From NCBI GenBank assembly GCA_046546295.1, contig JBKGYB010000001.1:1-34226 (forward strand): DNA of 34,226 nt, given 5' to 3'. Below, piece after piece: positions 32,965-34,226 of the stretch; the first letter of the stretch is position 1, and each line of letters starts with the position of its first letter. The position numbers and the translations under genes were made by a program. The notes beneath the pieces were generated by a model. That model saw only the letters and a list, made by a program, of their open reading frames with translations, was not told where the DNA came from and searched no databases. This DNA comes from Opitutales bacterium. Its GTDB lineage: Bacteria; Verrucomicrobiota; Verrucomicrobiia; Opitutales; Coraliomargaritaceae.

Positions 32965-34011
32965 ATGAGTGAAAAAAAAGACACAGCGAATGTGTGCGAC
33001 GAAAATATGGAAGCCTTGGCTGCCCGGTGGGATGCTGTGGCTTTTCGGGCGCAGGGCTCTCCTTTCGAGGACTTGACCGTTGCCTGTCTGGCAAAAAATT
33101 CGGGGGTGCGAAAATGGTCTCAGGGTGCAAGCAAAACACGAGGAGTGGATCCCACCCTCGGACGCTACATCTACCTCAGTTTTGAGGAATTGATGGATAG
33201 TGAAGGGTTGGATATAAGGCGTGCGAAGCAGTTGCTTGAGATTTGTGAAGCGACTTTTTTGCTTGAAGAGGAATATGAGAGTTTCGGGACTTTTGATGAA
33301 ATCAACAAGGAAGCCGAAGCCCGGCGGATGCGTTTTGTGGAAGAGTTCGGGCTTTATCAGGATTTTCCGGTAAAGTTGTCCAATCTCGATTCGGATTTAC
33401 GGGAGCTTTGTGAGGACGAGGGAGTGGAGACTTTTCTTGACTTGATGCGGTTTCTGGATCGCCTGGCCGACAAAGCATGGATTGATGGAAGCTACCGTAA
33501 TTTACAAAATGTTTTTGCTTATGGGGACGAAGAAGGGTTGACCCGGTATTTTCCGTATCGGCGCGGACATCGTGGCTTCCACCTGCCGGAAGCAGCAGCT
33601 TTTTGCTTGAGCCGTTTGTCGCAGAAAGATTTACAGGCTGTTCGCGATTATCACGAACGACGCCGGCGGGGACGTATGCGTGTGTTAGGCAAGCGGATGG
33701 ATCTGCCCGTTGTTGTTGAAAAACAACTCCTGCCGGAATTGCTGGGATGCTTGCATTATTTTGGATGTCGCCAGCCAAAACTTCTTGTGCGATTGCACGA
33801 CTCCGCGTATCTATGTCGCGAATTGATGTTCCTGAAAGATCCTCCAACGGAGAGTCTGCTCCACTGGTTGATCTTTTTGGCGCTCGGTTTGTTCAAGCCG
33901 ATCCAGGAGCTTGAGCCGGAAATAGGCGCTGAAATAAGAAATCTTTCGGGGCCGGTCCGGTCTGACATTTGCAAGGAACTCCGGGCGCTTGTTCAGGAGA
34001 GTGGAACTTAG
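32965..34011 (+). CDS. Hypothetical protein (348 aa), candidate partner of the ParA-like ATPase
   Basis: This ORF lies on the same strand 37 bp after the ParA-like gene. The start is set at ATG 32965 (MSEKKDTANV); the ORF-track start at 32902 overlaps parA. No ParB/HTH signature is recognised. The segments LSFEELMDSEGLDIRRAKQLLEI and LSNLDSDLRELCEDEGVETFLDLMRFL look helix-hairpin-helix-like by eye. A basic patch HERRRRGRMR is present. Confidence 0.6.
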   Translation: MSEKKDTANVCDENMEALAARWDAVAFRAQGSPFEDLTVACLAKNSGVRKWSQGASKTRGVDPTLGRYIYLSFEELMDSEGLDIRRAKQLLEICEATFLLEEEYESFGTFDEINKEAEARRMRFVEEFGLYQDFPVKLSNLDSDLRELCEDEGVETFLDLMRFLDRLADKAWIDGSYRNLQNVFAYGDEEGLTRYFPYRRGHRGFHLPEAAAFCLSRLSQKDLQAVRDYHERRRRGRMRVLGKRMDLPVVVEKQLLPELLGCLHYFGCRQPKLLVRLHDSAYLCRELMFLKDPPTESLLHWLIFLALGLFKPIQELEPEIGAEIRNLSGPVRSDICKELRALVQESGT

Positions 34012-34132
34012 GGCTTGTCAGCAAATAACCGTAGCAATCCGACTTGTTCTTTTGGCCGGTGACTGCGTTGCCTTTAAGACGATTGATGGTTGGATTTACC
34101 AGTCTGATTGTCCGGCATAGCCGTTCGACCCA

Positions 34133-34180
34133 TCGGCAAGCTCCCTTCGACCCCTTCGGCAAGCTCCCTTCGGCAGGCTC
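34133..34180. repeat. Short direct repeat TCGGCAAGCTCCCTTCG (x2, 23-bp period, plus a partial third copy) in the 3' non-coding region
   Basis: Identical 17-mers occur at 34133-34149 and 34156-34172. A partial TCGGCAGGCTC follows at 34170-34180. The repeats lie downstream of the last gene. Confidence 0.7.
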
Positions 34181-34226
34181 AGGATTCACAAACAGGACTG
34201 GCAAGCTCACCACGGGCCGGAACCGC

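Noticed and set aside
33893-34213. 106-aa minus-strand ORF at the window end
   Set aside because: It overlaps the 3' end of the 348-aa gene and runs through the short direct repeats (EPAEGSLPKGSKG is repeat-derived). It has no motif and is likely non-coding.

Overview
The window is about 34 kb of densely coded bacterial chromosome. By eye it is roughly 55-60% GC, dropping in the last ~4 kb. Wza-type export, an outer-membrane beta-barrel and ExbBD indicate a diderm. I suspect a PVC-type lineage but cannot show it. Most genes are housekeeping and recognisable from motifs: leuCD, hisC, argH, recQ, rpsR, tsaC/sua5, tRNA-Arg(UCU), family-4 UDG, a lipoate-ligase-like gene, an RmlD-like SDR, a CNNM/CorC gene and a CFA-synthase-like methyltransferase. 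Three accessory modules stand out. (1) At 147-5195, a stand-alone GspE-N/MshEN-like protein and two tandem NtrC-like response regulators with degenerate AAA+ cores sit directly upstream of a PilB/GspE ATPase. A PilT retraction ATPase lies far away at ~24.6 kb, and no pilin or platform genes are present. (2) At 13356-19633, a polysaccharide export module combines a TPR membrane protein, an OM beta-barrel, a Wza-like protein and a Wzc-like BY-kinase with an unusual N-terminal Gly-Tyr repeat. (3) At 28956-34011, five tightly spaced same-strand genes form the best candidate for an undescribed system. They encode a 7-TM protein with a 27-bp tandem repeat, an atypical Hanks kinase (DFG->ELG), an unknown acidic-tailed protein, a ParA/MinD-type ATPase and an unknown 348-aa protein. 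This cluster follows an AT-rich region carrying direct repeats, is lower in GC, and I could not assign it to any named system. I saw no CRISPR array, transposase, integrase or reverse transcriptase. All homology calls come from reading motifs by eye; no searches were run.
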